From positions 159,469-223,468 of the forward strand of contig UQNW01000002.1 of assembly GCA_900542495.1 (NCBI GenBank): a stretch of DNA of 64,000 bases, in the 5' to 3' direction. How positions within the stretch are numbered: position 1 is the first letter of the stretch; every line of letters starts with the position of its first letter. Positions 39,353-48,722 of the stretch are shown here, piece after piece. The notes under the pieces were generated by a model. It made no database searches and was not told the origin of the DNA. It saw only the letters and a program-made list of their open reading frames with translations. The position numbers and the translations under genes are program-made. The stretch comes from an uncultured Roseburia sp. Lineage in GTDB: Bacteria > Bacillota > Clostridia > Lachnospirales > Lachnospiraceae.

Positions 39353-40165
39353 TTAATTTATTTCAGAATAATAGGAATTATAAATCTTAATCTCAACACG
39401 TCTGTTCCGTGCCCTTCCTTCCGGTGTGGAGTTGTCCGCAATCGGTACATATTCCCCTCGTCCGGATGACTTGATATGCGAAGGTTCTATCGTCGTGATA
39501 TCACGCATGTAATCCGCGACATACAAAGCACGATACATCGAAAGCACATCATTGTTCTCATATTTTGAAGAATGCGTGAACGGAACATTATCCGTATGTC
39601 CCTCTATCTCTATCATGTTCTGCTGATAACTCTGAAGAATCTTTCCAATCTTATCCATCAAAGGATAGGCTTCTGACTTGATCTCAGATTTTCCGGAATC
39701 AAACAGCACTGCACCATTTAAATTCAACAGCACATATTCCGCATTAAAATCGATTTCCACCTGATCCTGTATGCCATATTGTGCTACAAGATCCTGCACC
39801 TGCTCTGCCATCTGTTCTGACTCGGCAAGCGCTTCCTCTTTGTACTCTTCCGCAACATCTGAACTTTCTGATGTATCCTCTGTCGTCTGCGTATTTGCCA
39901 TCTGATTATAATAGATGTCATACATCTGTAACTGGCTCACGCCGGAAGAAACCATCTCACCATCTCCGATGGAAGCTCCACCACTCGGCAGAATACTAAA
40001 GCTGCTCTGCAAAGATGCAATCACCATCTCAAACTTCTCAGCATCCACTGTTGACATAGAAAACAGTAAAACGAAAAAGCAAAGAAGTAAATTCATAAGA
40101 TCACTAAACGTCGCCATCCATGCCGGAGCGCCTGCCGGTGCTTCTTCTGTCTTCTTTCTTGCCAC
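39353..40165 (-). CDS. motB: Flagellar stator protein MotB (OmpA-like C-terminus)
   Basis: N-terminal TM containing the conserved Asp (FSDLMNLL). C-terminal OmpA-like peptidoglycan-binding domain (RARNRRVEIKI). Confidence 0.85.
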   Translation of the reverse strand: MARKKTEEAPAGAPAWMATFSDLMNLLLCFFVLLFSMSTVDAEKFEMVIASLQSSFSILPSGGASIGDGEMVSSGVSQLQMYDIYYNQMANTQTTEDTSESSDVAEEYKEEALAESEQMAEQVQDLVAQYGIQDQVEIDFNAEYVLLNLNGAVLFDSGKSEIKSEAYPLMDKIGKILQSYQQNMIEIEGHTDNVPFTHSSKYENNDVLSMYRALYVADYMRDITTIEPSHIKSSGRGEYVPIADNSTPEGRARNRRVEIKIYNSYYSEIN

Positions 40166-40974
40166 TATGCTTCACCTCCGGCTGCTTCATCACCTTCTCC
40201 GAGACTTCCTACTGCCTGTGGTGTCAGGAATGATTTCAGCTTTTCTTCAATGACGCGCGGATTTTCACCTGCCTGAATGGAAAGCAATCCTTCCACGATC
40301 ATTTCTTTTATTGCAACTTCTCTCTCATTATTCACCTTAAGCTTTGACGCAGTTGGATTACAAAGCCAGTTGGCGATCAATGAACCATATAATGTAGTGA
40401 CCAGGGCAACCGACATAGCCGGTCCGATACTCGATGCATCTTCCAGATTCCTAAGCATGTTAATAAGACCGATCAGCGTACCGATCATACCCCATGCAGG
40501 ACCTAATTCTGCCCATTTCTCCCAGAATGCGATTACTTTCTTATGTCTTTCTTCCATACAGGACAGGCTTGTCTCCATGATGCCACGCACCAGTTCCGGA
40601 TCCGTACCATCCACAACAAGCATTACGCCCTTTTTCATAAAATCGTCTTCAATATCATTGGCTGCTTCCTCTAATGCGAGCAAGCCTTCTTTTCTTGCCA
40701 CATTAGAGAGATCAATGATCTTTTTGATTGTCTCTGCCGGATCTTCTGCCTTTTCCTTGAAGGTAAGTGTAATACCCTTCAGTCCGTTAATGAAATCCGG
40801 TAACTTGTGTGCTGCCAGTACACCGGAGATAGAACCTCCGACTGTTATGATGATAGACGCCGAATCAACCATGTTTTTCAAAGCTTCAAATCCACCATTA
40901 CTGAAAACACCGAATACAAACATTACTGCGCCGAGTATTATACCGGCTAAAGATGCGATATCCATATCTTCCAC
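40165..40974 (-). CDS. motA: Flagellar stator protein MotA
   Basis: 4-TM MotA/TolQ/ExbB family (AFWEKWAELGPAWGMIGTLIGLI). Confidence 0.85.
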   Translation of the reverse strand: MEDMDIASLAGIILGAVMFVFGVFSNGGFEALKNMVDSASIIITVGGSISGVLAAHKLPDFINGLKGITLTFKEKAEDPAETIKKIIDLSNVARKEGLLALEEAANDIEDDFMKKGVMLVVDGTDPELVRGIMETSLSCMEERHKKVIAFWEKWAELGPAWGMIGTLIGLINMLRNLEDASSIGPAMSVALVTTLYGSLIANWLCNPTASKLKVNNEREVAIKEMIVEGLLSIQAGENPRVIEEKLKSFLTPQAVGSLGEGDEAAGGEA

Positions 40975-41002
40975 CTGCCATCCTTGTTAATATATTTAAA
41001 AT

Positions 41003-41221
41003 TTAATTCTCATTTTCTGCTTTAAATCCAGTTTCCATAATTTCCCGCTTATATGATTTTACTAAACTTTTTATCTGTTGTCTACTTTCTTTTACAATTA
41101 TTTTGCGTCCTGTCGTGAAAGTAATCACGGTGTCCGGTGTTTCTTCGACAAGTTCGATCAGATCCGCATTGACCAAAATCTGTGTACCATTTAATCTTGT
41201 CACTTCGATCATAGTGTTCAT
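41003..41221 (-). CDS. flbD: FlbD/SwrD-like flagellar protein
   Basis: 72 aa. MIEVTRLNGTQILVNADLIELVEETPDTVITFTTGRKIIVKES matches the FlbD family. Position between flgE and motA. Confidence 0.75.
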   Translation of the reverse strand: MNTMIEVTRLNGTQILVNADLIELVEETPDTVITFTTGRKIIVKESRQQIKSLVKSYKREIMETGFKAENEN

Positions 41222-41341
41222 CCTTTCCCTATTAAAACAGACAATAAAAACAATGGAACAATGCTTAGTATACCATATCTTGTTGTAGTATGGAACATAT
41301 TTACTAAATAATCGTTACTTTTTTATGTTATTTCTAATCAA

Positions 41342-41373
41342 GGAGGAATCTATAACGTTTTACAGATTCCTCC
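41342..41373 (-). terminator. Strong hairpin 13 nt downstream of flgE (candidate attenuator or partial terminator)
   Basis: Perfect 10-bp stem GGAGGAATCT / AGATTCCTCC with a 12-nt loop. The downstream tract is only moderately U-rich. Confidence 0.35.
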
Positions 41374-41385
41374 ATTCAGTTTATA

Positions 41386-43044
41386 TTATCGTTTTAAGTT
41401 TACAAGTTCTTCTAATAATGTATCGGAAGTTGTAATAACACGGGAGTTTGCCTGGAAACCACGCTGTGTTGTGATCATGGAAGTAAACTCTGTGGAAAGA
41501 TCTACGTTTGACATTTCCAGCTCACCGGTTGTCATGGAAGATCCGTCTGCGGAAATCTCCACACCGATTCCATCGAACTCACCGGAGTTTAAGGTTGTGC
41601 GGTAGCAGCTCTCTCCGACTTTCTCAAGACCGGATGCGTTGGAGAACTGTGCAACTGCGATCTGTCCCAACAATTCCGTATTACCATTGTCGTATGTACC
41701 ATAGATACGTCCGTTTGTGTCAATGGAGATACCTGTCATTGCACCAAGCTTGCGTCCTTTTCCGGTTGTACCGTCCACTGCTCCGGCATCTGCGCCGATT
41801 GTGGATTTACCGCTGTTATTGTAGTTTAAGCACTGGGAGAAATCTACATTGATATTGGCAAAGTTTCCATTGGCGTTTAAGCTTGTAGTGTTCAGATTCA
41901 ATTCCACACTCTTATCTGTTCCGCCACCAATGCTGTTAAACTTTCCATCCTCTGTATTGAATTTTAATAAATTAGTTGCGCTTTTCTTTTTAATCTGATA
42001 AGAAAAAGATCCGTCTGCATTTTTAACCCTTTCAAATTTATAATCATCATTACCTGCTTTGTCACTATCCTGTATGTTTTTAAAATTTCCATCGGAAACG
42101 CCAAAAACGTCTTTAATAGTTTTGCCAGTGTTTCCAATAGTTCCGTCTGTATTAATAGCTACCTCAGCATTATTCGCATTATCATCTGTCAGTTTTCCAG
42201 TTTTCGGATCAAAAGTATATCCACATCCCGGCAAGGTTGATGAATAAGAAGCAATTGTTGTCTCTGTATCTGTATTACCAAAGATTTCTTTCATCTGTGC
42301 CTGTGTGAATCCCTCAGTAATATTCTTATTATTGCTATCTAAAATAGATGTCAGTTCTACTGTATACTCTCCATCTTTCGCAGTTGCCTTGATTGCAAAT
42401 TTTGCTGTGTACTGATAGCCAAGATTATCGTAAAAGTTAAGATTCATAACTTTTCCGGCATCACTCTTAACATCCGCATCATTCTCATCCAGCACACCAG
42501 CGATGGTAGCCTGTGTGGTTGCTTCCGGTGCAGAAGTCAGGTTCTTCTCCTGCATGATACGGAGTGCCGAAACAGTATCCTTACGGATTTCACCTGTTGT
42601 CTCGTCAACCTGCCATCCCATAACCGTATAACCTGTTGAGGACATACATAAGTTACCGGAACCGTCTACATAGAAAGAACCGGAACGGGTAAATACATTC
42701 TCAGAACCATTGTTTACAATAAAGAAGTTTGTTGAGTTTTTATCGGTCAGACGGATATCAAATGGATTTCCGGTTGTCTCAGATGCACCTGCAGAAGTGA
42801 TGCTGACTTTGGTTGCTGCCGCAGTTGTACCGAGACCGATCTGTTTTGCATTGACACCGCCGGTACCAGTGGTTGCGTTTGCTCCGGATGCATTCGAAGT
42901 GGTCTGATATAAGATATCACTGAATGTTACGGAAGAAGATTTAAAAGCTACTGTGTTGACGTTGGCGATATTGTTACCGATCACGTCCATTCTTGTCTGA
43001 TGTGTCTTTAAACCTGACACAGCAGAGTACATTGATCTCATCAT
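41386..43044 (-). CDS. flgE: Flagellar hook protein FlgE
   Basis: N-terminal (MMRSMYSAVSGLKTHQTRMDVIGNNIANVNT) and C-terminal (ELVNLKR) flagellar rod/hook signature segments. 552 aa. Confidence 0.95.
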   Translation of the reverse strand: MMRSMYSAVSGLKTHQTRMDVIGNNIANVNTVAFKSSSVTFSDILYQTTSNASGANATTGTGGVNAKQIGLGTTAAATKVSITSAGASETTGNPFDIRLTDKNSTNFFIVNNGSENVFTRSGSFYVDGSGNLCMSSTGYTVMGWQVDETTGEIRKDTVSALRIMQEKNLTSAPEATTQATIAGVLDENDADVKSDAGKVMNLNFYDNLGYQYTAKFAIKATAKDGEYTVELTSILDSNNKNITEGFTQAQMKEIFGNTDTETTIASYSSTLPGCGYTFDPKTGKLTDDNANNAEVAINTDGTIGNTGKTIKDVFGVSDGNFKNIQDSDKAGNDDYKFERVKNADGSFSYQIKKKSATNLLKFNTEDGKFNSIGGGTDKSVELNLNTTSLNANGNFANINVDFSQCLNYNNSGKSTIGADAGAVDGTTGKGRKLGAMTGISIDTNGRIYGTYDNGNTELLGQIAVAQFSNASGLEKVGESCYRTTLNSGEFDGIGVEISADGSSMTTGELEMSNVDLSTEFTSMITTQRGFQANSRVITTSDTLLEELVNLKR

Positions 43045-43130
43045 AATGAAATGACCTCCTAAAGTTCTTTTGGCGCAGGGTGTCTGGTTTCTTCTGTCAG
43101 TCAGAAACCGATTGCTCCCCTAAGGTCCAG

Positions 43131-43529
43131 CTATATGATCACTGCGCCATCAATATTGGTATATATGTTGTCATCGGATTCCGTGCGGTCCATTGCCGTC
43201 ACAACTGTTTTGTTTGGGACATTTACAATGAATGCCAGAGAATCAACGATTACGAGTGACTCCCGAATTCCCTTTTCACTTGCTTTTTGAACTCCACTCT
43301 CCAGCCGTTCGCTCTGTTCTTTTGACAGATTGATCTTTCTGTTCTCCAGTCTCATGGAGGCATGTTTGGAAAATTTCAGTTCCAAGCTCTCAGAAACATC
43401 CTGTTTCTGTTTTAAAATTTCCTCAAAGGACAATCCCGATGCATTGACTGTGGAATTTCCTTTTCCGGTACCAAGATAACGGTCCGTGATCTGTTCAATC
43501 GAAGTGAATTGGTTATTAATTTTATTCAT
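43131..43529 (-). CDS. Flagellar operon protein, TIGR02530-like small protein between flgD and flgE
   Basis: 132 aa. The family assignment is from recalled placement of such small genes between flgD and flgE in Firmicutes, not from a search. Confidence 0.45.
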   Translation of the reverse strand: MNKINNQFTSIEQITDRYLGTGKGNSTVNASGLSFEEILKQKQDVSESLELKFSKHASMRLENRKINLSKEQSERLESGVQKASEKGIRESLVIVDSLAFIVNVPNKTVVTAMDRTESDDNIYTNIDGAVII

Positions 43530-43543
43530 AACCCCATCTCCTG

Positions 43544-44458
43544 TTACTCTGTCCTGTCTGAACTGTTATCTGTTGTATCTCCTGATCCTGCACTTTCTGT
43601 TTCTTCTGTTTTGTCTGTCCTGCCAGCATCTTCCGATTTGTCTGTACTGTCTGTTTTGCCTGTACTATCAGATTTGTCTGTGCTATCCGTCTTGTCTGTA
43701 CTGTCAGTCTTGCCTGTGCTGTCCGTCTTGCCTGTACTGTCAGTTTTGTCTGTTCCATCCGCTTTGTCAGATTTGTCTGTTTTGTCAGATCCATCTGCAG
43801 ATTCGTTTGCCTTGATCAGTTCTTTTAATCTTGCCTCAAGTTCTTCAAACTTCTTCCAGGAATCTTTGGAAACGAATTTCTTCTGGTAATCGCTCAGTCC
43901 ATCATACATCTTACGGATGCTCTCAATATCATCCTTGTTTGCAAGCGAGATTGAATTTTTGGATGGCAGTAATGAAATTGCGGATTTAATTGTCTCTGCA
44001 AGTGTCACTGCTTCCATATAATCTGCATCTGCAACAGTATCCAGATCCTTCAGGTTGTAAAGTCCATCATTGACAGAAAGAAATGTTTCTCCGTTTTTGT
44101 GAAGTACATAATCACAGGTTCCTGCGATATAGCTTGTCTCTCCTGTTGTAGATGAAGTCACTTTCATGATGACATACTTGCCAACCAGATCATTTGCCGA
44201 AGAAGCCTCGATCGTACTCTGCACACTAAGCTGTGACTCCAACTGTGAGAAGGTCGCAAGCTGTGCAATATACTCGGTATTACTTGTCGGTTCCAACGGA
44301 TCCTGATACTGCATCTCTGCGCATAAAATCTGTAAGAACTGGTCATAACCAAGCTCGTTGGTCTTTTTATCTTTCTCGGACGATTTTGTTGATGTACTGC
44401 CTGTACCGGTAGTCTCATCTATAAATTTTCCATCTTTTACCTGCTGAATTAACGCCAT
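43544..44458 (-). CDS. flgD: Flagellar hook capping/assembly protein FlgD with extended repeat-containing C-terminus
   Basis: N-terminal FlgD motif LGYDQFLQILCAEMQYQDPLEP followed by an Ig-like region. An extra ~150 aa C-terminal tail carries (K/S)TDST(D/G) hexapeptide repeats encoded by 18-bp tandem DNA repeats (~43620..43790). Confidence 0.8.
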   Translation of the reverse strand: MALIQQVKDGKFIDETTGTGSTSTKSSEKDKKTNELGYDQFLQILCAEMQYQDPLEPTSNTEYIAQLATFSQLESQLSVQSTIEASSANDLVGKYVIMKVTSSTTGETSYIAGTCDYVLHKNGETFLSVNDGLYNLKDLDTVADADYMEAVTLAETIKSAISLLPSKNSISLANKDDIESIRKMYDGLSDYQKKFVSKDSWKKFEELEARLKELIKANESADGSDKTDKSDKADGTDKTDSTGKTDSTGKTDSTDKTDSTDKSDSTGKTDSTDKSEDAGRTDKTEETESAGSGDTTDNSSDRTE

Positions 44459-44480
44459 TGTCTCTCTCCTTTCTCAAAAC

Positions 44481-45971
44481 TTATGCAGTGTAATCTACAC
44501 TGTTTCCCTGTTCTGCCATCATTTTGGCTGCCAGAGTTTCTTCTTCCGACATCACGCCGGATAATTCACTTAAATCATTCAGATTTAATCTGCGGGTTCT
44601 GCCTTTTTCTTTTTCCTGCTGCTCGCCCTGCTGTTTTTCACCTTCTGCATTCTGCTCAAGGTTTTTCTCAAACTCATGGCTTGCAACGGTCACTTCAACA
44701 GCATCCACTTTCACACCAGCCTGCTCTAAATTCTGTCTGAGTTCTACGGTCTGGGCTTCTAATGCCTCTTTTACCACTGCATTCTGTGTCATGATCTTTG
44801 CTGTTACCGCACCTTCCTGCTCGGTAACCTTAAGAATGATCTTTCCGAGGTTCTGCGGGTTCAGCTGTAACTCCATGCTCGTCTTATCTTCTGTCAGGAT
44901 CACTCTTGCGGACTCTACGATCTGATCGATCACATCCTGTGTGTTGACCGTTTGCGGTAATGGCTCTGCTGTCTCTACGTTTGTGATCTCCTGTGCCACC
45001 TGATGCTGTGGTGTAACCACTGTCTCATTTGCTGCCGGAACGTTGCCTTTTGTGAATTTGAAACTGCTGTCTGTGTCAGAAGTATTCTTCTGTTCTCCGG
45101 AATCTTCTGTCTCGTTTTCCAAGTTCTGCGCTTCCGGAATGATTTCCTGCTCGGAAACATCCTCTGTCACATCAGATTGTGCTGTATCTTCTATGACTTC
45201 TGTCTGTTCTTTGACTGGTGCATTTTCCACTGCTTTTGTCTGACGTTTATCCTCCACCGTAATGTCCGGTGTCCGGGCAGCTGTATCTGCAATGGCTGTC
45301 TGCTCCGGTTCAACTGACGATGTGGTATTGTCCTGTGAAACTGTTTCTTCCACATTTGCCACAGTATCATCCGCTGCGAGAGCAACTGCTTTCTGGAATT
45401 CTTCAACATTCATTCCAAGTGCATTTAAAACATCTTTTCCAATGTCGTTCACACTCTGCAGTATGTTCACAAACTGTTCGCTGCATAAAAGCTGCTGTAC
45501 GCTGTCTGCTCCGGTAAGTTCTGCCACAAGATTTGCAAGATTGTTCTGATTGAGTAAATCCTGAAACTGAAGTCCAAGTGTCTGCATAGCCGCTTCGATA
45601 GCTTCGTCTGTCACGCCGAGTTCTTCTTTTAAAACTTCTTTGACGTCTTTTGTAAACTGCTCTAACTGCTCTTTTACTGTGTCATCAGATGTAACCTGCT
45701 TCGTCTCCGATGCAATGGTATTATCTTTGTACTGGTACTTCTGGTAATTGTCCGATACTGTATTGGTATCTTTTCCGGAAGCTGCAGTTTTTACAGTTTC
45801 GTTATGGTTGACATCCGCATAAGCTGCTGTCTGACGGTTGTTTGTCTGTTTCATCATAGTGCCAAAATCAACTTTTGCATTTGTACTTCTCGTGGTATTA
45901 TCTGTGCCCTGTACGGACTGCGTATTTTGTGCCAACAGTTTTCCTAAATCGGAAATGGTTGTACCTGCCAT
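44481..45971 (-). CDS. fliK: Flagellar hook-length control protein FliK
   Basis: C-terminal Flg_hook domain (ELQLNPQNLGKIILKVTEQEGAVTAKIMTQNAVVKEALEAQ). Long disordered Q/T/E-rich N-terminal region. Confidence 0.8.
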   Translation of the reverse strand: MAGTTISDLGKLLAQNTQSVQGTDNTTRSTNAKVDFGTMMKQTNNRQTAAYADVNHNETVKTAASGKDTNTVSDNYQKYQYKDNTIASETKQVTSDDTVKEQLEQFTKDVKEVLKEELGVTDEAIEAAMQTLGLQFQDLLNQNNLANLVAELTGADSVQQLLCSEQFVNILQSVNDIGKDVLNALGMNVEEFQKAVALAADDTVANVEETVSQDNTTSSVEPEQTAIADTAARTPDITVEDKRQTKAVENAPVKEQTEVIEDTAQSDVTEDVSEQEIIPEAQNLENETEDSGEQKNTSDTDSSFKFTKGNVPAANETVVTPQHQVAQEITNVETAEPLPQTVNTQDVIDQIVESARVILTEDKTSMELQLNPQNLGKIILKVTEQEGAVTAKIMTQNAVVKEALEAQTVELRQNLEQAGVKVDAVEVTVASHEFEKNLEQNAEGEKQQGEQQEKEKGRTRRLNLNDLSELSGVMSEEETLAAKMMAEQGNSVDYTA

Positions 45972-46012
45972 ATGGTCTCCTCCTTTCTTTAAGATATCGT
46001 ATTGCTTTTTAT

Positions 46013-46876
46013 CTATTCTGAAGGCTCCATGATCTCCGTTACTTTTGCTGCAGTATCGGAATTCATTTTGCCAAGAATATCGGCTCTGGACTGTGTATCC
46101 AGATTTGATAATATATCTGCTACCAATTGAAGGTTATCTGTCATTGTGTCAAAAATGGCTGCTGCCTCTTTCGGCTTCATGTTGGAATATGTTTTTACAT
46201 AGTCATCCATCTGCTCATCCGTCAGCGTCTGCTCAACCACCTGTTTATAAAGAACTTCTGCATTTGCTGCGTCAATACTCTCGTAATATTCCTTATAATT
46301 ACTTATATCGGGAGCATCATCGGAAAAGACAACATCCTCATACCATTTTTCTTTTTCCTGCTCAAACGCTGCCTCATTCTGCTTGTAAGTATCTAACTCT
46401 TTTGCTTTCTCCTCTAACTCTGCGATATAATCTGCATCCGAATTTGCACTGTTCTGTGCGTCAGCCAACTCAATCTCAAGTTCCTTGATCCGGTTGATTG
46501 CATCATCAAGATTCGTGTAAGCATACTGGCTGTCCTCTGTTGAGACCTCTTCCACAGCAGAATCCGGCAAAATCTTATTCAGATAAGGAACATCTTTGAT
46601 CACCGGGGCAAGCACGCCTGAACCAAAGCCGCCAACATCTAATTTGATCAGCATTGCAAAGATTGCAAGCCAGATTAAAATAATAATGATAGTGACAAAG
46701 AAAACAAGGATTTTGCCACCGACGGTTTCTTCCTCGCCGTCTAAGTCATCTGCGTTTTTCTGTTTTTTCTTCTTTTTTTCCAGCTTCTTTGCTGCTTTTA
46801 ACTGTTTTTTATCTAAAGTTTTATTTTCCTGTTGTAATTCTTCCTGTTGCATTTCATCTGCCATAATCTTATCCAT
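46013..46876 (-). CDS. YlxF/FlbB-like flagellar protein (Lys-rich N-terminus, TM, MgtE-N-like C-terminal domain)
   Basis: Position between fliJ and fliK as for B. subtilis ylxF. C-terminal QSRADILGKMNSDTAAKVTEIMEP resembles the MgtE N-domain. Start uncertain (46930, 46876 or 46864). Confidence 0.55.
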   Translation of the reverse strand: MDKIMADEMQQEELQQENKTLDKKQLKAAKKLEKKKKKQKNADDLDGEEETVGGKILVFFVTIIIILIWLAIFAMLIKLDVGGFGSGVLAPVIKDVPYLNKILPDSAVEEVSTEDSQYAYTNLDDAINRIKELEIELADAQNSANSDADYIAELEEKAKELDTYKQNEAAFEQEKEKWYEDVVFSDDAPDISNYKEYYESIDAANAEVLYKQVVEQTLTDEQMDDYVKTYSNMKPKEAAAIFDTMTDNLQLVADILSNLDTQSRADILGKMNSDTAAKVTEIMEPSE

Positions 46877-46904
46877 GCCTTTCGTGTATATTGCCTTATC
46901 AGAG

Positions 46905-47360
46905 TTATGGTGTATCTGACATTCCCTCATGATAGGTGTAACTTACAAGTTCATCTATCTCTTTGTTCTCTGCATACTGCATTTCCTGTTTAAACACTTC
47001 AAACGCCTGCTCTTTTAACTTCTCATGCGTTTTCCGTTCCATCATGACCTCATTTAACTTGTTTCTGGCAAGCTCCACATTTTTTTCCGCCACGTGCACA
47101 TTCATCATCTGGCTGCGCTGCATGGTCTTCATGGCATCTACTGCCCGCTTGCACTCCTTGATCTTTGGAACATCAATCGTTCCGTTTACAAGCTTTCTTG
47201 CCTGACTTTCATAGCCAGCCTTGCGGAACATGATCTGCTGTAGCTTTGCCTGCTCATCCATCAGTTTTGCATTAGCAGTTCCGTAGGCAATCTTTGCCTG
47301 ACCTTCCATTTTCTCTTTGATATCCAAAATGCTTTGCATGCGGTATGCAAACTTTGCCAT
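46905..47360 (-). CDS. fliJ: Flagellar export chaperone FliJ
   Basis: 151-aa coiled-coil protein immediately after fliI (MAKFAYRMQSILDIKEK). Confidence 0.75.
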   Translation of the reverse strand: MAKFAYRMQSILDIKEKMEGQAKIAYGTANAKLMDEQAKLQQIMFRKAGYESQARKLVNGTIDVPKIKECKRAVDAMKTMQRSQMMNVHVAEKNVELARNKLNEVMMERKTHEKLKEQAFEVFKQEMQYAENKEIDELVSYTYHEGMSDTP

Positions 47361-47399
47361 GTGAATCCTCCCTTAACTGCGGAGCATATGAACTGTATT

Positions 47400-48716
47400 T
47401 TAATCCTGAAAAAGTGCCCGGAGCAGATTGATCTCCTCATCAAACTGGAACTTCTCATCTGTCTTCTGTGTCAGAAAATCATTTACAGCATCAATTTTCT
47501 GGATCGCATAATCAATGTTTTTATTGGAACCGTTTTTGTATGCTCCAATGTTGATCAGATCTTCCGCCTCATTATAAGTAGCAAGCACGTTTTTCAGTTT
47601 TCCTGCCAGTTCCTTATGTTCGGATGTTGCGATCGCACTCATTACCCTGGAAATACTCTGTAAAATGTCAATCGCCGGATAATGGTTTTTATGTCCTAAC
47701 TTTCTCGACAACATAATATGACCGTCCAAGATACTTCTTGCAGTATCGGTGATCGGTTCGTTAAAATCATCACCATCTACTAAAACAGTATAAAGTCCTG
47801 TGATAGAACCCTTATCTGAAGTTCCGGCACGCTCTAAAAGCTTCGGCATTTCGGAATATACACTCGGTGGATATCCCCTTGTAACCGGAGGCTCCCCGGA
47901 TGCCAGTCCAATCTCCCTCTGTGCCATGGAAAAACGTGTCAGGGAGTCCATCATGAGCAGAACATCTTTGCCCTGATCCCTGAAATACTCTGCGATCGCT
48001 GTCGCGGTCATTGCTGCTTTCTTACGGATCAGTGCTGGTTTATCTGAAGTTGCCACAACTACGACAGAACGCTTCATACCTTCTTCTCCAAGGTCACGCT
48101 CCACGAATTCACGCACCTCACGACCACGCTCACCAATTAACGCGATAACATTGATATCTGCCTTTGTATTCCGGGCAAACATACCAAGCAGGGTACTTTT
48201 TCCAACACCGGAACCTGCAAAAATTCCGATACGCTGTCCTTTTCCAACTGTGATAAGACCATCTACTGCCTTAACCCCCAGTGGAAGCACTTCACTGATG
48301 ATTTTTCTTGCCATCGGGTCCGGCGGCGCTGCATCTACCGGATATTCACAAAGTGTACCGATTGTATCGGTGTCTGTCTGGCGGCCGACACCATCTAACG
48401 TATGTCCTAATAGTTCATTTCCTACAGAGACAGATAAAGGATGCCCCGTATTTTCCACGATACATCCTACTCCAATTCCTTCCACGCTGTCATAAGGCAT
48501 TAAAAGTAGTCTCTTATCCCTGAAACCCACAACCTCAGCCATTACCACTGTGTCTGTTTCTTCATCAATGATAATTCTGCATAAGTCATTCAGTTTTGCA
48601 TCCGGACCAACAGATTCAATTGTCAGACCTACAATTTTCACAACTTTTCCAAGCCGCTTAAAATAGGTGTTCTCTGCCAGCCGTAAATACTTGTTATACC
48701 TGCTATCCACTTTCAA
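47400..48716 (-). CDS. fliI: Flagellum-specific ATP synthase FliI
   Basis: Walker A GSGVGKST and Walker B. F1/V1-ATPase beta-like fold. 438 aa. Confidence 0.95.
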   Translation of the reverse strand: MKVDSRYNKYLRLAENTYFKRLGKVVKIVGLTIESVGPDAKLNDLCRIIIDEETDTVVMAEVVGFRDKRLLLMPYDSVEGIGVGCIVENTGHPLSVSVGNELLGHTLDGVGRQTDTDTIGTLCEYPVDAAPPDPMARKIISEVLPLGVKAVDGLITVGKGQRIGIFAGSGVGKSTLLGMFARNTKADINVIALIGERGREVREFVERDLGEEGMKRSVVVVATSDKPALIRKKAAMTATAIAEYFRDQGKDVLLMMDSLTRFSMAQREIGLASGEPPVTRGYPPSVYSEMPKLLERAGTSDKGSITGLYTVLVDGDDFNEPITDTARSILDGHIMLSRKLGHKNHYPAIDILQSISRVMSAIATSEHKELAGKLKNVLATYNEAEDLINIGAYKNGSNKNIDYAIQKIDAVNDFLTQKTDEKFQFDEEINLLRALFQD

Positions 48717-48722
48717 CCATCC

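Noticed and set aside
43486-43889. Plus-strand ORFs of 109 and 126 aa rich in LSVLSVLPVLS repeats, and a 90-aa minus-strand ORF in another frame
   Set aside because: These are antisense or alternative-frame translations of the 18-bp tandem repeats in the flgD 3' region. They are repeat artefacts.
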